Positions 12,157 to 22,451 of a stretch of 64,000 bases of DNA are shown one piece after another; position 1 is the stretch's first letter, and every line of letters starts with the position of its first letter. This stretch comes from Anaerolineales bacterium (GTDB lineage: Bacteria > Chloroflexota > Anaerolineae > Anaerolineales > UBA11579), in assembly GCA_019637675.1 (NCBI GenBank), contig JAHBVE010000002.1:608156-672155 (forward strand). Reading direction: 5' to 3'. The translations under genes were made by a program, and so were the position numbers. The notes beneath the pieces were generated by a model. It did no database searches. It was not told the DNA's origin and saw nothing but the letters and a program-made list of their open reading frames with translations.

Positions 12157-15100
12157 TTACTCTTCGCTGACAGGTGGCAGCGGGTCAGCCGGTGCATCGG
12201 GCAGTTGGCCGATGCCATCGGGCAGACCGAAGCCGGGGCCACCAGCGCCGTCGCCCAACGGCATTTCGCCGAGCGGGCCGCCCAGGGGCGGTGCGCCCAA
12301 GGGCGCGAGCTCTTCCTTGCGCGGCTCAGGCTGCGGCAGCAGGTGGGCGTTGGCCTCGTGGCCGGTACCCGCCGGGATCAGCTTGCCGAGGATGACGTTC
12401 TCCTTCAAGCCGGTCAGCGGGTCTTCCTGGCCACCGATGGCTGCGCCTGCCAGCACCTTGATGGTGTGCTGGAAGGAAGCCGCCGACAGGAACGAGTCGG
12501 TGCTGAGCGAGGCCTTGGTAATGCCCAACAGCACGTCCACAAACTTGCCAGACTCTTTGTCCTCCGCCAGCAGCGCTTCGTTCTTCTTGCGCAGGTCGAG
12601 GCGGTTGACATAGTCGCCCGGCAGATAGCCGGTGTCACCCGGGCGGGTGACCTGCACCTTGGACATCATCTTGCGGATGATGACCTCAAAGTGCTTGTCG
12701 TGGATGTTCTGGCCCTGTGAGCGGTACACCTGCTGCACTTCGGTCAGCAGGTACATGTAGCAGGCTTCACGGCCCTGAATGCGCAGGATCGAGTGCGGGT
12801 TCAGCGAGCCTTCGGTCAGCGCCTGGCCGGCTTCCACCTTGGCGCCGTTCTGGATCAACATGCGCGTGGTGTTGGGCACTTCATACTCAACCGAGTCCTT
12901 CTGCTCGTAGGAAACATAGATCTTGCGATCCTCTACGCGCACTTTGCCGGCGTTCTCGGCCTTCAGCTCTTCTTCCTTCAAGGAAGCGAGCACATCCCCG
13001 GCGTTGACCTTGCTGCCGTCTTCGACGGCGATGCGGTAGCTCTTGGGCAGTTCGTACTCATCGTGCACCATCTCAGAGTGCAGGATGCGGATGACACGCA
13101 GATCACTGAAGCGCTCAGATTGGGCCACTTCGATCGTGCCGCTCAACTCAGCCACCACGGCTTCACCCTTGGGCTGGCGGCGGGCTTCGAAGAGCTCTTC
13201 CACACGCGGCAGACCCGTGGTGATGTCAGACTCGGCGGCCACACCACCGGTGTGGAAGGTGCGCAGCGTCAGCTGCGTACCGGGCTCACCGATGGATTGG
13301 GCCGCCACGATGCCGATGGCGGCGCCCAGCGCCACCGCCCGGCCGCGGCCCATGTCCATGCCGTAGCACTTGACGCAGATGCCCTGGTCAGCTTCACAGG
13401 TCATCGGCGAGAAGACGTACACATCCTGCACGTTGGCCGCGGTCACACGGCGGGTCTGGTCGTGGTCGAGCAGTTCGCCCTTCTCCACCAGCACTTCGCC
13501 GGTCTTGGGATCCACGATGTTGTGGGCGGCCACGCGGCCAAAGATACGGCTGCCCAGCGACTGGTCGGCCACATCGTCGGCGGAGCGCATCCAGATGCCT
13601 TCGTCCGTGCCACAGTCCTCGATAGTGGTGATGACATCCTGTGCCACATCCACGAGACGGCGGGTCAGGTAACCCGCATCCGCCGTACGCAGCGCGGTAT
13701 CCGCCAGACCCTTGCGGGAGCCGTGGGTCGAGATGAAGTATTCCAGCGTGGTCAAGCCTTCGCGGAAGTTGGAGCGGATCGGCAACGGGATGATGCGGCC
13801 CGAAGGGTCGGCCATCATGCCACGCATACCCGCCAACTGCGAGATGGAGCTGAAGCCACCCTTGGTAGCGCCAGAATTGGCCATGGTGGCCAGGTTGCCC
13901 TTCTCGTCCATGCTCTTGCGCACGGCAGCCGCCACCGTGTTGGTGGTCTCCTGCCAGATCTCGATCACGCGCTCGTTCTGCTCCTGCTCGGTCAGCAAGC
14001 CGCGGCGGAAGTCTTCCTCCACCGCTTGCTCCTTCTCCATGGCAGCCGCCACGATGCCTTCTTTTTCAACCGGGATGGTGATATCCGAGATGGCGATCGT
14101 TGTGCCGGAGCGGGTGGCGTACTTGAAGCCAATGTCCTTGACGCGGTCGGCCACATCCGTGGTGCGCTTGTCGTCGCCGGTCACTTCAAGCAGCTCAGCC
14201 AGCAGGTCCTTGATGCTGCCCTTGTCGATCACTTCATTGACGAAGCGGATCTCAGGTTCCAGCTCCAGGTTCAGCAGCACGCGGCCCACGGTGGTATCGA
14301 TGAAGCGCGTCTCGGCCTCGGCCAAGCGGTTGCCCTGCTCGTCATACCAGGTTTCCGCACGCAGGCGGATGGGCGAGTGCACTTCCAACTGGCCCAACTG
14401 GTAGACCATCACAACTTCGTCCATATCGCCGAACACGCGCGGCTGTTGCTTGCCGGGCAGCGGGCGGGGTTCCATGGTCAGGTAATACACGCCCAACACC
14501 ATGTCCTTGGACGGGCCGATGATCGGCTCGCCGTCGGCCGGCTTGAGCAGGTTCTTGGTGGAGAGCATCAGCTCGCGGGCTTCCCAGACCGCCTTCTGCG
14601 AAAGCGGTACGTGCACGGCCATCTGGTCACCGTCAAAGTCTGCGTTGAACGCGGTGGTCACCAGCGGGTGCAGCTGGATGGCGCTGCCCTCGATCAGGAT
14701 CGGCTCGAAAGCCTGGATACCCAGGCGGTGTAGGGTCGGCGCACGGTTCAACAGCACCGGGCGCTCCTTGATCACTTCTTCCAGCACTTCGTAGACTTCA
14801 GGGCGGTTGCGATCAATGATGCGCTTGGCGCCCTTCACGTTGGCGGCGTAGTTATCGCGCACCAGGCGGGAGATGACGAAAGGCTTGTACAGCTCCACCG
14901 CCATGCTCTTGGGCAGGCCGCACTGGTACAGCTTCAGCTGCGGGCCAACAACGATCACGGAGCGGCCAGAGTAGTCCACGCGCTTACCCAACAGGTTACG
15001 GCGGAAGCGGCCCTTCTTGCCCTTGAGCAGATCGCTCAGGGATTTCAGTTCGCGGCGGCCGCGGCGCGAGAGCGCCTTGCCGCGCTGCGAGTTATCGATC

Positions 15101-16521
15101 AGCGAGTCCACCGCTTCCTGCAACATGCGCTTCTCATTGCGCACGATCACGTCCGGCGCGCCGAGCTCCAACAGGCGCTTGAGGCGGTTGTTGCGGTTAA
15201 TCACACGGCGGTACAGATCATTCAAGTCAGAAGTGGCGAAGCGGCCGCCGTCCAGCTGCACCATCGGGCGCAGATCGGGCGGGATGACCGGCAGAACGGT
15301 GAGGATCATCCATTCCGGGCGGTTGTGCGAGCGGCGGAAGGCCTCGACCACGCGCAGGCGGTTGGTGGCCTTGCGGCGGCGCTGCTTGCTGCGCGAGGTG
15401 CGCAGCTCCTTCCACAGCTCTTCGCTCAGGCGGTCCAGGTCCAGACGCTCGAGGATGTCGTAGAAGGCCTCGGCGCCCATATCGGCGCGGAACACCTGGC
15501 CGTAGCGGGCGCGCAGTTCGCGGTAGCGGTTCTCGCCCATGAAGGTCATGGGGCGCAGGTCTTCCAGCTCTTCGCGGGTGCGCACCTGGTCTTCATGCTC
15601 ATTGCTGGAGACTTTGTCGTCCAGCGAGTCACGCAGGTTGCTCATCGCCAATTCGGATTCAGCCTTGGCGCTGGCCTTCTCTACCGCGATGCGTTCAAGC
15701 TCGGCGTGCTTCTTCTCGCCGATCTTCTTTTCGTTATCTTCCAGGAATTCTTTGACGACTTCCTGCACGCGGGCGATGTGCTTGTTCTCGACCACTTCGC
15801 CGGCCTTCACCAGGTTGCCCTTCAGGGCGCTAAAGGTGATGGCGGCCTTGACGGCGGAGCCCATCTGCTCTTGCAGCTTGGCTTCCACACGCTGGCCTTC
15901 TTTGATGACCGGGTCGATCTTGGCGGCCAGCTCTTCGTCGTAGCGGGTTTCAATTTCCTTGGCGCGCTCTTCCAGCTTGCCCAGCTTCTCATCGCGCTGT
16001 TGCTTGGCTTCGGCGATCTGAGCGTTGATCTGGGCGGCGTGTTCTTTCTCCGCCGAGCTGATCTCTTCGTCCAGGCGGGCCAGCGCCTTCTGGCGGGCAT
16101 CCTCATCCACATAGGTCACGACGTACTGCGCAAAATACAGTACGCGGTCCAGGTTGCGGCGAGAGATGTCGAGCAGCAGACCGAGGTAGGAGGGCACGCG
16201 GCGGGTGTACCAGACGTGCGCCACCGGGGCGGCCAGCGAGATGTGGCCCATGCGCTCACGGCGCACAGACGAACGCGTGACTTCTACGCCACACTTGTCA
16301 CAGACAATGCCTTTGTAGCGAATGTTCTTATACTTGCCGCAGTAGCACTGCCAGTCACGCGTGGGGCCAAAGATGGCTTCGTCGAACAGGCCATCTTTCT
16401 CCGGGCGCAAGCGGCGATAGTTGATCGTTTCGGGCTTGAGCACTTCACCATAGGACCAACTGCGAATGGTCTCAGGTGAGGCCAAGCTAATGCGCAATGC
16501 ACGCAAACCCTTTGTTTCCAT
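12157..16521 (-). CDS. rpoC: DNA-directed RNA polymerase subunit beta'
   Basis: Zn-finger CYCGKYK...CDKCGVEV, catalytic NADFDGD, and bridge-helix/trigger-loop regions are all visible. ATG at 16521 follows GGAGG with a 7-nt spacer. The track start at 16536 is a TTG. Confidence 0.97.
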   Translation of the reverse strand: METKGLRALRISLASPETIRSWSYGEVLKPETINYRRLRPEKDGLFDEAIFGPTRDWQCYCGKYKNIRYKGIVCDKCGVEVTRSSVRRERMGHISLAAPVAHVWYTRRVPSYLGLLLDISRRNLDRVLYFAQYVVTYVDEDARQKALARLDEEISSAEKEHAAQINAQIAEAKQQRDEKLGKLEERAKEIETRYDEELAAKIDPVIKEGQRVEAKLQEQMGSAVKAAITFSALKGNLVKAGEVVENKHIARVQEVVKEFLEDNEKKIGEKKHAELERIAVEKASAKAESELAMSNLRDSLDDKVSSNEHEDQVRTREELEDLRPMTFMGENRYRELRARYGQVFRADMGAEAFYDILERLDLDRLSEELWKELRTSRSKQRRRKATNRLRVVEAFRRSHNRPEWMILTVLPVIPPDLRPMVQLDGGRFATSDLNDLYRRVINRNNRLKRLLELGAPDVIVRNEKRMLQEAVDSLIDNSQRGKALSRRGRRELKSLSDLLKGKKGRFRRNLLGKRVDYSGRSVIVVGPQLKLYQCGLPKSMAVELYKPFVISRLVRDNYAANVKGAKRIIDRNRPEVYEVLEEVIKERPVLLNRAPTLHRLGIQAFEPILIEGSAIQLHPLVTTAFNADFDGDQMAVHVPLSQKAVWEARELMLSTKNLLKPADGEPIIGPSKDMVLGVYYLTMEPRPLPGKQQPRVFGDMDEVVMVYQLGQLEVHSPIRLRAETWYDEQGNRLAEAETRFIDTTVGRVLLNLELEPEIRFVNEVIDKGSIKDLLAELLEVTGDDKRTTDVADRVKDIGFKYATRSGTTIAISDITIPVEKEGIVAAAMEKEQAVEEDFRRGLLTEQEQNERVIEIWQETTNTVAAAVRKSMDEKGNLATMANSGATKGGFSSISQLAGMRGMMADPSGRIIPLPIRSNFREGLTTLEYFISTHGSRKGLADTALRTADAGYLTRRLVDVAQDVITTIEDCGTDEGIWMRSADDVADQSLGSRIFGRVAAHNIVDPKTGEVLVEKGELLDHDQTRRVTAANVQDVYVFSPMTCEADQGICVKCYGMDMGRGRAVALGAAIGIVAAQSIGEPGTQLTLRTFHTGGVAAESDITTGLPRVEELFEARRQPKGEAVVAELSGTIEVAQSERFSDLRVIRILHSEMVHDEYELPKSYRIAVEDGSKVNAGDVLASLKEEELKAENAGKVRVEDRKIYVSYEQKDSVEYEVPNTTRMLIQNGAKVEAGQALTEGSLNPHSILRIQGREACYMYLLTEVQQVYRSQGQNIHDKHFEVIIRKMMSKVQVTRPGDTGYLPGDYVNRLDLRKKNEALLAEDKESGKFVDVLLGITKASLSTDSFLSAASFQHTIKVLAGAAIGGQEDPLTGLKENVILGKLIPAGTGHEANAHLLPQPEPRKEELAPLGAPPLGGPLGEMPLGDGAGGPGFGLPDGIGQLPDAPADPLPPVSEE

Positions 16522-16684
16522 ATGTGCGGCCTCCAATGATTCAGATACAGCGAAAAGCGAACTACTGCCCGGTCTGACGTCCTGCGTTCCCCCTTAGCTC
16601 GGACCTTTGATCCAGCCAGGCTGGGCAGCGTGCGCTCTGCAGTTTCTTTGTTAATCGAACAATTGTGCTATTTTTGAGACAAAC

Positions 16685-16725
16685 CAAAGCAAGCGCTTAG
16701 AGGTACTCCTCAAGCGCTTGCTTGC
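16685..16725 (-). promoter_or_regulatory. long leader hairpin (terminator/attenuator-like) inside the rpoC 5' leader
   Basis: Minus strand reads GCAAGCAAGCGCTTGAGG-AGTA-CCTCTAAGCGCTTGCTTTG, a stem of about 16 bp with one bulge, followed by GTTTGTCTC. It lies downstream of the predicted rpoC promoter. Confidence 0.5.
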
Positions 16726-16759
16726 TTCATAAGCACTATTCGATTTGTGTTCGTGAAGG

Positions 16760-16787
16760 ATTATACCAACCAAAAATATAGAGTCAA
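16760..16787 (-). promoter_or_regulatory. sigma-70-type promoter of rpoC
   Basis: Minus strand: TTGACT (16787-16782), 16-nt spacer ending in TGG, then TATAAT (16765-16760). It begins 10 nt after the kinase stop codon. Confidence 0.65.
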
Positions 16788-16797
16788 GGCATGCAGG

Positions 16798-19700
16798 CTA
16801 GGAGTCTGTGAGAGGCAGCTGGCAATAGAAACTGCTGCCCACGCCCAGATCGCTCTCGGCCCAAACATCGCCCTTATGGCGCTTAATGATGGAGCGCACA
16901 ATATGCAGGCCGGTGCTGGCGGCCTGGCCCTCGCGCCGCTCAAAGATACGCGGCAGGTCCACCGGGGCAATGCCCGCCCCACTATCCTTGACATGGATGA
17001 CCACCTCATCTTGCGAGTAGCTGGCCCCCACCCGCACCGCCCGCCCGCGCGGGCTGAAACGGATGGCATTGTCCACCAGGTAGAACACCGCCCGCTGCAA
17101 CAGCATGCGGTCAGCGCGCAGCAGGCGCTCAGCGCCCTCGGCCGGCTCCAGCATCAGCTCGATCTGCTTCTGGCGCGCCTGCGGAGCGGCCTCGTCCAGC
17201 ACAGCTTGCAGCACTTCGCTCAGCACCAGGCTCTCCGGGCGCAGGCCTTCGGCCTCCTGCATGCGGTCACCCGCCAACAGGCTCGCCGAGAGCCGCGTGA
17301 TCTGCTCAATGCTGGCATCGATCTTTTGCACATAGCCCTTTTGTTGCTCATTCAACGGCCCCAGCACGCTGAGCATGGAGAGGTAGCCGCTGACCATCTT
17401 GAGCGGGTCCTGCAGGTCATGCCCAATGGTGCTCAATACTTCCAGGCGGGCCGACTCGAGCTTTTTGGATTGGGTCACATCCTGCAGCGTACACACAAAG
17501 CCCAGCAACTCCGGCCCGGCCCACAGCGGGTTCAGCGTAGCCTCATAGGCGGCTTGCTCGATCTGCACCTCAGCGCTGCGCGGCCGCGGGCCGGCGCTGC
17601 GCAGCAAACTGAGCAGCGAGCGGTCGGCGATGACGCGCTCAGCCGGCATGCCCAGCGTCTGGTCCGCTTTCAAGCGCAGGATACGCACCGCCGCCGGGTT
17701 GGCGAACACCAGGTTCTGGGCCGCGTCCAGCATCAGCATGGGCTGGGGGTCAGCCTGCAGCACCGCCTCCAGGCGTTGCTGGCCCAGGCGCGCCTGCAAA
17801 TACTGGCGCGCATTCGTGGCCGCGGTCGATGCTTGCGCGGCCAGCGTTTCCAAATAGTGCACCGTCCCGCTGCCCAGCTCAAAGCGCTGCGGTTGGTCGT
17901 AGGCCAGCCACAGCGTACCGAGCTGCTTCTTGCCATCTTTCAACGCGAACGCGGCTACCGAGCCGGGGTACGGCGTGCCTTTGTCCACTTTCAAACGGGC
18001 GCGGGCCGGGTTAGATAGCAGCACCTGCTCCTGGCTGCTGGTCAGCGCCAGCATTTGCGGGTCGAGCGCTTCGTAGCGCTCATAGCCTTCGCCCTTGCCG
18101 AAGCTCAGCCCGCTGCCGCCGTTCTCACCCAGGAAGACCAACCGCGCCAAGGATGCGCCGCTGGCCAAGGCCGCTTCCAGCAGCGGTTCAATATGGCTGC
18201 GTACTTCCAGGCTGGAGGATAGGCCGTGGCTGAGCGCCAGCAGCCGCTGCGTCTCTTCCGTACGCGCCAGCACTGCCCGGCGCATGACTTCAAAAGCCGA
18301 GCCCAGCCGCCCGAGCTCATCGCTGCCGGTTACGGAGAGCGGGGCGCGCAGATCGCCCGCGGCGATGCGCTGCGTTTCAGCCGCCAGGGTATGCAACGAG
18401 GCGCTGACGTTCTGCAAACTTCTGCGCAGCAGCACATACGCCACCAGCGCCACCAACAGCAGCACCCCCAGAATAGGCAGCGCCACGCTGAGCGCCAATT
18501 GCTGCGAGAGGCTGGCCGGCCAGCGCGCCACCACGGCCCAGTTGCTGCCCGGCACGGGCTGGTACTGCACCAGCATGCGCGTGCCGTCCGTCGCGGCTTC
18601 TTCATACGCCAGCGGGCCGGCGCCGGTTTGTCCACTATACGGCTGCAACACGGCCGCCGCGAACGGCGCCATCACGATCTGGCCTTGCGCATCGATCAAT
18701 AAAGCTTGCGCGCCCAGCGCGTTGATGCTTTGCAGGCTCTGCACCACCGGGCGGGCGAACGGATTGACTTGCAGGGCTGTGCGCCCCACCAGCACATTGC
18801 GCACCTGGCTGTTGCTATTGCGCACCGCGGCCACGAACACCAACTGGGCCGAGGTCTGCTCAGCGCCGGCCGCGGGCGGTGCGCTCAGGATCTGCAGCGA
18901 GACGCCCTGGATCGCCAATGCGATAGCATCCAGCTCGGCCTGGCTGGGCTGCAAGCGCGCATACTCGGCCGTGGGCACACCGGCGATCGAGTTGCCGCCG
19001 GTATCCAGCAAGCTCAGCTGCTCAAAATACGGCGCGCCGCTCAACTGGGCTAGCAACAAGCCACTGGCGCGCTCCGGCGTGGCGTCCGCCAGCCGCGTAT
19101 CGGCGGCCAGTTGCAATATCAGGTTCTGACCGGTCTCCAGTACGAACGGCACTGAATCGGCCGCGATCTGCACATTGTTGGTGATGCGGTCAGCGAACAG
19201 TTGCTGCGCGCCGCGCCCCACCGTCCACCAGGTCAGCGCCCCCATGGCCACAAAGGCCAGCACGGCCAGCGGCCCGAGGGCGAACAGGAAGCGCGCTTCC
19301 AGGCTGCGCTCGCTGGGCGCCGGCTGGGCCGGCTCTGTCCCCTGCTCCAGTTGCGGCTGGCGCGCCAGCACGAACTGCAGCAGCAGCGCGCCCAACAGCA
19401 ATGGGGCTGCGGCGGCCAACGCCGCCCCGGACACCCGTGACAGCGCAAAGTCGAAGCTCACCAGCCAGCTGGGCGAGACCCAGAACAAGGCCGTGCCGAT
19501 ATACAGTGCAGGGTATAGCAACGAGAGTGCGGCCGCCGCCACCAGCGGCTGGCGCAGCCAGGTGAACAGGTCGGTGCGATACCGCTGGCTGCGCAAAAAA
19601 GCGAAGGCTGCGGCCAGCAAGGCGAACTCCAGCGGGGTGAACGGGCTGCGCGTGTCCCAGGCGGCCAGCAGCAGGCCGCCGAAAGCGGCCAGCGCCGTGG

Positions 19701-20037
19701 CCGCCGGCGCACCGAACCAGACCAGCGCCAACATCCACGGCAGGGCCAGCAGCGGCGCCACCAGGGCGCCGCGGGCTGGCACGCCGAGAGCCGGGATGGG
19801 CAATGCGCCATCCGCCGGCATGCGCAGCGTGAATATCAAAATGGAGAGAGGCACCGCCAGCACGAGGGCCAGCAAGCGCAGCTGCTGCTTACGCGTCCAC
19901 AGCACGCCGCGCCTGCCCAGGCGTACTGCCAGCACAACGCTGGCCCCCAGCAGGATCAGCCAGGCAAGCCAGCCCAGCAAGTCTGTGGGCGCAAGAATGC
20001 TAAGAAAAGGGAACCACTGCAGAAAAGTGTAGGTCAC
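16798..20037 (-). CDS. sensor histidine kinase: multi-TM N-terminal module, extracytoplasmic Cache-like domain, HAMP, GAF, PAS, HisKA, HATPase_c
   Basis: About 8 hydrophobic helices are followed by a ~270-aa loop and another TM segment. A HAMP-like segment reads AAGDLRAPLSVTGSDELGRLGSAFEVM. The H-box is STIGHDLQDPL and the ATPase motifs are DSGAGI and GLHIVRSI. The GTG start forms a GTGA overlap with the cmk stop. Confidence 0.9.
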   Translation of the reverse strand: MTYTFLQWFPFLSILAPTDLLGWLAWLILLGASVVLAVRLGRRGVLWTRKQQLRLLALVLAVPLSILIFTLRMPADGALPIPALGVPARGALVAPLLALPWMLALVWFGAPAATALAAFGGLLLAAWDTRSPFTPLEFALLAAAFAFLRSQRYRTDLFTWLRQPLVAAAALSLLYPALYIGTALFWVSPSWLVSFDFALSRVSGAALAAAAPLLLGALLLQFVLARQPQLEQGTEPAQPAPSERSLEARFLFALGPLAVLAFVAMGALTWWTVGRGAQQLFADRITNNVQIAADSVPFVLETGQNLILQLAADTRLADATPERASGLLLAQLSGAPYFEQLSLLDTGGNSIAGVPTAEYARLQPSQAELDAIALAIQGVSLQILSAPPAAGAEQTSAQLVFVAAVRNSNSQVRNVLVGRTALQVNPFARPVVQSLQSINALGAQALLIDAQGQIVMAPFAAAVLQPYSGQTGAGPLAYEEAATDGTRMLVQYQPVPGSNWAVVARWPASLSQQLALSVALPILGVLLLVALVAYVLLRRSLQNVSASLHTLAAETQRIAAGDLRAPLSVTGSDELGRLGSAFEVMRRAVLARTEETQRLLALSHGLSSSLEVRSHIEPLLEAALASGASLARLVFLGENGGSGLSFGKGEGYERYEALDPQMLALTSSQEQVLLSNPARARLKVDKGTPYPGSVAAFALKDGKKQLGTLWLAYDQPQRFELGSGTVHYLETLAAQASTAATNARQYLQARLGQQRLEAVLQADPQPMLMLDAAQNLVFANPAAVRILRLKADQTLGMPAERVIADRSLLSLLRSAGPRPRSAEVQIEQAAYEATLNPLWAGPELLGFVCTLQDVTQSKKLESARLEVLSTIGHDLQDPLKMVSGYLSMLSVLGPLNEQQKGYVQKIDASIEQITRLSASLLAGDRMQEAEGLRPESLVLSEVLQAVLDEAAPQARQKQIELMLEPAEGAERLLRADRMLLQRAVFYLVDNAIRFSPRGRAVRVGASYSQDEVVIHVKDSGAGIAPVDLPRIFERREGQAASTGLHIVRSIIKRHKGDVWAESDLGVGSSFYCQLPLTDS

Positions 20038-20738
20038 GTCCCGGTCGTCAGCTGCGCTCGGCGCTCCCGCACCAGATCGAGGGCCTTATCCAGCACCTGC
20101 TCGGCCTGCATACCGTCAGACACCAGGGTGATGGCATCTTCGGCGGCGATCAGGGGCGCAATTTCGCGGCTGGTGTCGTAGGCATCACGCTGCTTGAGTG
20201 ACTCTAGCACTTCGGCATAGCTTACGCTGTCGCCGCGCGCCTTCAATTCTTCAAAGCGGCGCTGGGCGCGCTCCTCCTGTGAAGCCGTCAGGAAGATCTT
20301 GGGATCGGCCTCCGGCAGCACTACGGTGCCGATGTCGCGCCCGGCCATCACCACGCCGCCGCGCAGCCCGATGCGGCGCTGCTGCTCGGTCAGCGCGGTG
20401 CGCACACCCGGGTAGGCCGAAACCTGCGAGACATGCGCTTCCACATCCGGCGTGCGCAGCTGCCAGGTGCAATCGACATCGTCGAGCAGCACATCGTACA
20501 GGCGGCCATCCGCTACGCTGGCTGGCCGCAGATCGATGTGCGCCGCGCGCGCCAGCTGCTCTACGCCCGCCTGGTCATCCACGCTCACATTGCGCTGCAG
20601 CGCCGCCAGGGTGACGGCGCGGTACATGGCCCCGGTGTCGAAATACAAATAGCCCAGCGCATCCGCCAGGCTCTTGGCCAACGTGGATTTGCCGGAGGCT
20701 ACCGGGCCGTCGATCGCAATCGTGAGTTCTTTTGACAT
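20034..20738 (-). CDS. cmk: cytidylate kinase
   Basis: IAIDGPVASGKSTLAKSLA (P-loop), YFDTGAMYRAVT and GRDIGTVVLP. Confidence 0.95.
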   Translation of the reverse strand: MSKELTIAIDGPVASGKSTLAKSLADALGYLYFDTGAMYRAVTLAALQRNVSVDDQAGVEQLARAAHIDLRPASVADGRLYDVLLDDVDCTWQLRTPDVEAHVSQVSAYPGVRTALTEQQRRIGLRGGVVMAGRDIGTVVLPEADPKIFLTASQEERAQRRFEELKARGDSVSYAEVLESLKQRDAYDTSREIAPLIAAEDAITLVSDGMQAEQVLDKALDLVRERRAQLTTGT

Positions 20739-22403
20739 TTAGCGTGTATCTCCACTGGTGTTGGACGACAGATCTTGCGGAAGCAAGCCGCTGGCCGCCC
20801 ATAGAATGATGTGTTGGTGTACCTGGGGCGTCTGGCGATACAGCAACCAGCCGATCGGGCTGGCCGGCGCATGCTGCCAGCCCGGCGCGCTGCTCAATAC
20901 AAAGCTCTGGCCGCGGTATGCGCTGGCTTCCGCAGGCTCGGCCTCCGTGGCCAGGGTAATGATGAGCGGCGCGGCCGTGTTAGCCGGCGTAGCAGGAAAC
21001 TCGCGCACCTGCCAGGCCAGCGCCGCGCTGGGTACGCGTACATCCACGCTCAGCTGGCCCGGTTGGCCGCTTGCATACTTGGAGAGGTCGGCCAGGCTGT
21101 CTTGCAGCAGATCCAGCTGCCCGGCGGCGGGGCCGGGCGCCCACAGCTCGGCGCCGCGGGCGGCCGCCGGGTTGGCGGCCCGCGTGGCACCGGCCAGCGC
21201 GAACAATGCGAAGAACAAGCCCAGCGCCCAGGCCAAGCCATGCGTCGCCGCCTGCCCTGACCAGCCAAGGCCGATCAATAAACTAGCCAATGTGCCCAGC
21301 GCCACTACACCGCCGGCGATGAGCAAGTACGAGCGGGTCAGCTCCGGCAGAACCTCATTGGCCGGGATGCGCGCCAGCGAGAGCACCAGAAAAGCCAGCA
21401 GCAGGATCACGAGCAGGGCTTCACCCCAGGCGGCGCGGGTCTCTTCCTGCGGAACAAACAGATAGCGAGCGAGCGCCTGCGCGGCCAGCGCCCACAAAGG
21501 CGCCAGCGTCCACAGCAGATCAGCCACCTGGCGGCCCGGGTAGACCAGCACGAGCGCCAGCGCCAGCATGGCGAACAAGCTCAGCAGTTGGCCGGCGCGG
21601 TCTTTATCGCGCCAGGCGCGCGCCGCTCCCCACAGGCCGAAGACCAGGGCGGGCAGGCCATACCCCGCCAGGGCGAACAGCACGCGCAGCGCGCTGACGC
21701 CTGAAGGCCGCGCCCAGCCCGCGGCGAATTCTGCCAGCGGCGCAGCCATGTTGCCCAGGCCAGCCGGCGCCTGCAGGAACAGCGTGCCGCCCAATACCAG
21801 CATTGCCGCGGCGCCGATGGCGGCCGGACGCCATTGGGCGCCGGCCGGGCGCGCCCCATCCACGAAGAATGCCCACACCAGCAGGAAAGCCAGCACGCCA
21901 ATATAGACGGTGGGCGCCGCCAGCAATGCCAGGCCGAACAACGCCCCCGCCAGCCCATAGCGCGCTGACCGCCAGGCGGTCAGCGCCATCATGCTGGCCG
22001 CCACGGCCAGCATGTGGCCTGAGGCCAGGCGCGAGACCGCCACCATGCCCGGGTCGAGCGCCAGGCCGAGCGCCAACACCAAGGCGGCGCGGCGGCCGAG
22101 GACATCCCGCCAGAAATAGGGCAGCAGCACCAATAGCAAGCCAAACACGGCCGGCCACCAACGGGCGATGAATTCACTGCTGGGCAAAATGGAAAAAAGG
22201 ATCGTGGTGAGCAGGCTGTAGCCGGGCTGCGCGCCGATCTCGGCCGCGTCCCCTTGCGCCAGCCGGTAGGCCGGCAAGGCCGCCGCAGCTTCGCCTTCGT
22301 TCAACGGCAGGCCACCCAGGTTGCCAAAGCGCAACAGCAGCGCCAGAGCGGCGATGGCGATATAGGCTACAGTTTCGAGGGTGAGGGAGGAACGGCGCGC
22401 CAT
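20739..22403 (-). CDS. polytopic membrane protein, GT-C-like (resembles the TIGR03663 companion family of DUF2298)
   Basis: 554 aa, with more than 10 hydrophobic segments and an N-terminal LLRFGNLGGLPLNEGEAAAA loop. The stop codon abuts the cmk start with a 0-nt gap. The family call is from memory and has not been searched. Confidence 0.6.
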   Translation of the reverse strand: MARRSSLTLETVAYIAIAALALLLRFGNLGGLPLNEGEAAAALPAYRLAQGDAAEIGAQPGYSLLTTILFSILPSSEFIARWWPAVFGLLLVLLPYFWRDVLGRRAALVLALGLALDPGMVAVSRLASGHMLAVAASMMALTAWRSARYGLAGALFGLALLAAPTVYIGVLAFLLVWAFFVDGARPAGAQWRPAAIGAAAMLVLGGTLFLQAPAGLGNMAAPLAEFAAGWARPSGVSALRVLFALAGYGLPALVFGLWGAARAWRDKDRAGQLLSLFAMLALALVLVYPGRQVADLLWTLAPLWALAAQALARYLFVPQEETRAAWGEALLVILLLAFLVLSLARIPANEVLPELTRSYLLIAGGVVALGTLASLLIGLGWSGQAATHGLAWALGLFFALFALAGATRAANPAAARGAELWAPGPAAGQLDLLQDSLADLSKYASGQPGQLSVDVRVPSAALAWQVREFPATPANTAAPLIITLATEAEPAEASAYRGQSFVLSSAPGWQHAPASPIGWLLYRQTPQVHQHIILWAASGLLPQDLSSNTSGDTR

Positions 22404-22451
22404 AACCTATTCATTATAGTCGGCGCGCACTCTGCCCGACTTGGGTTGATT

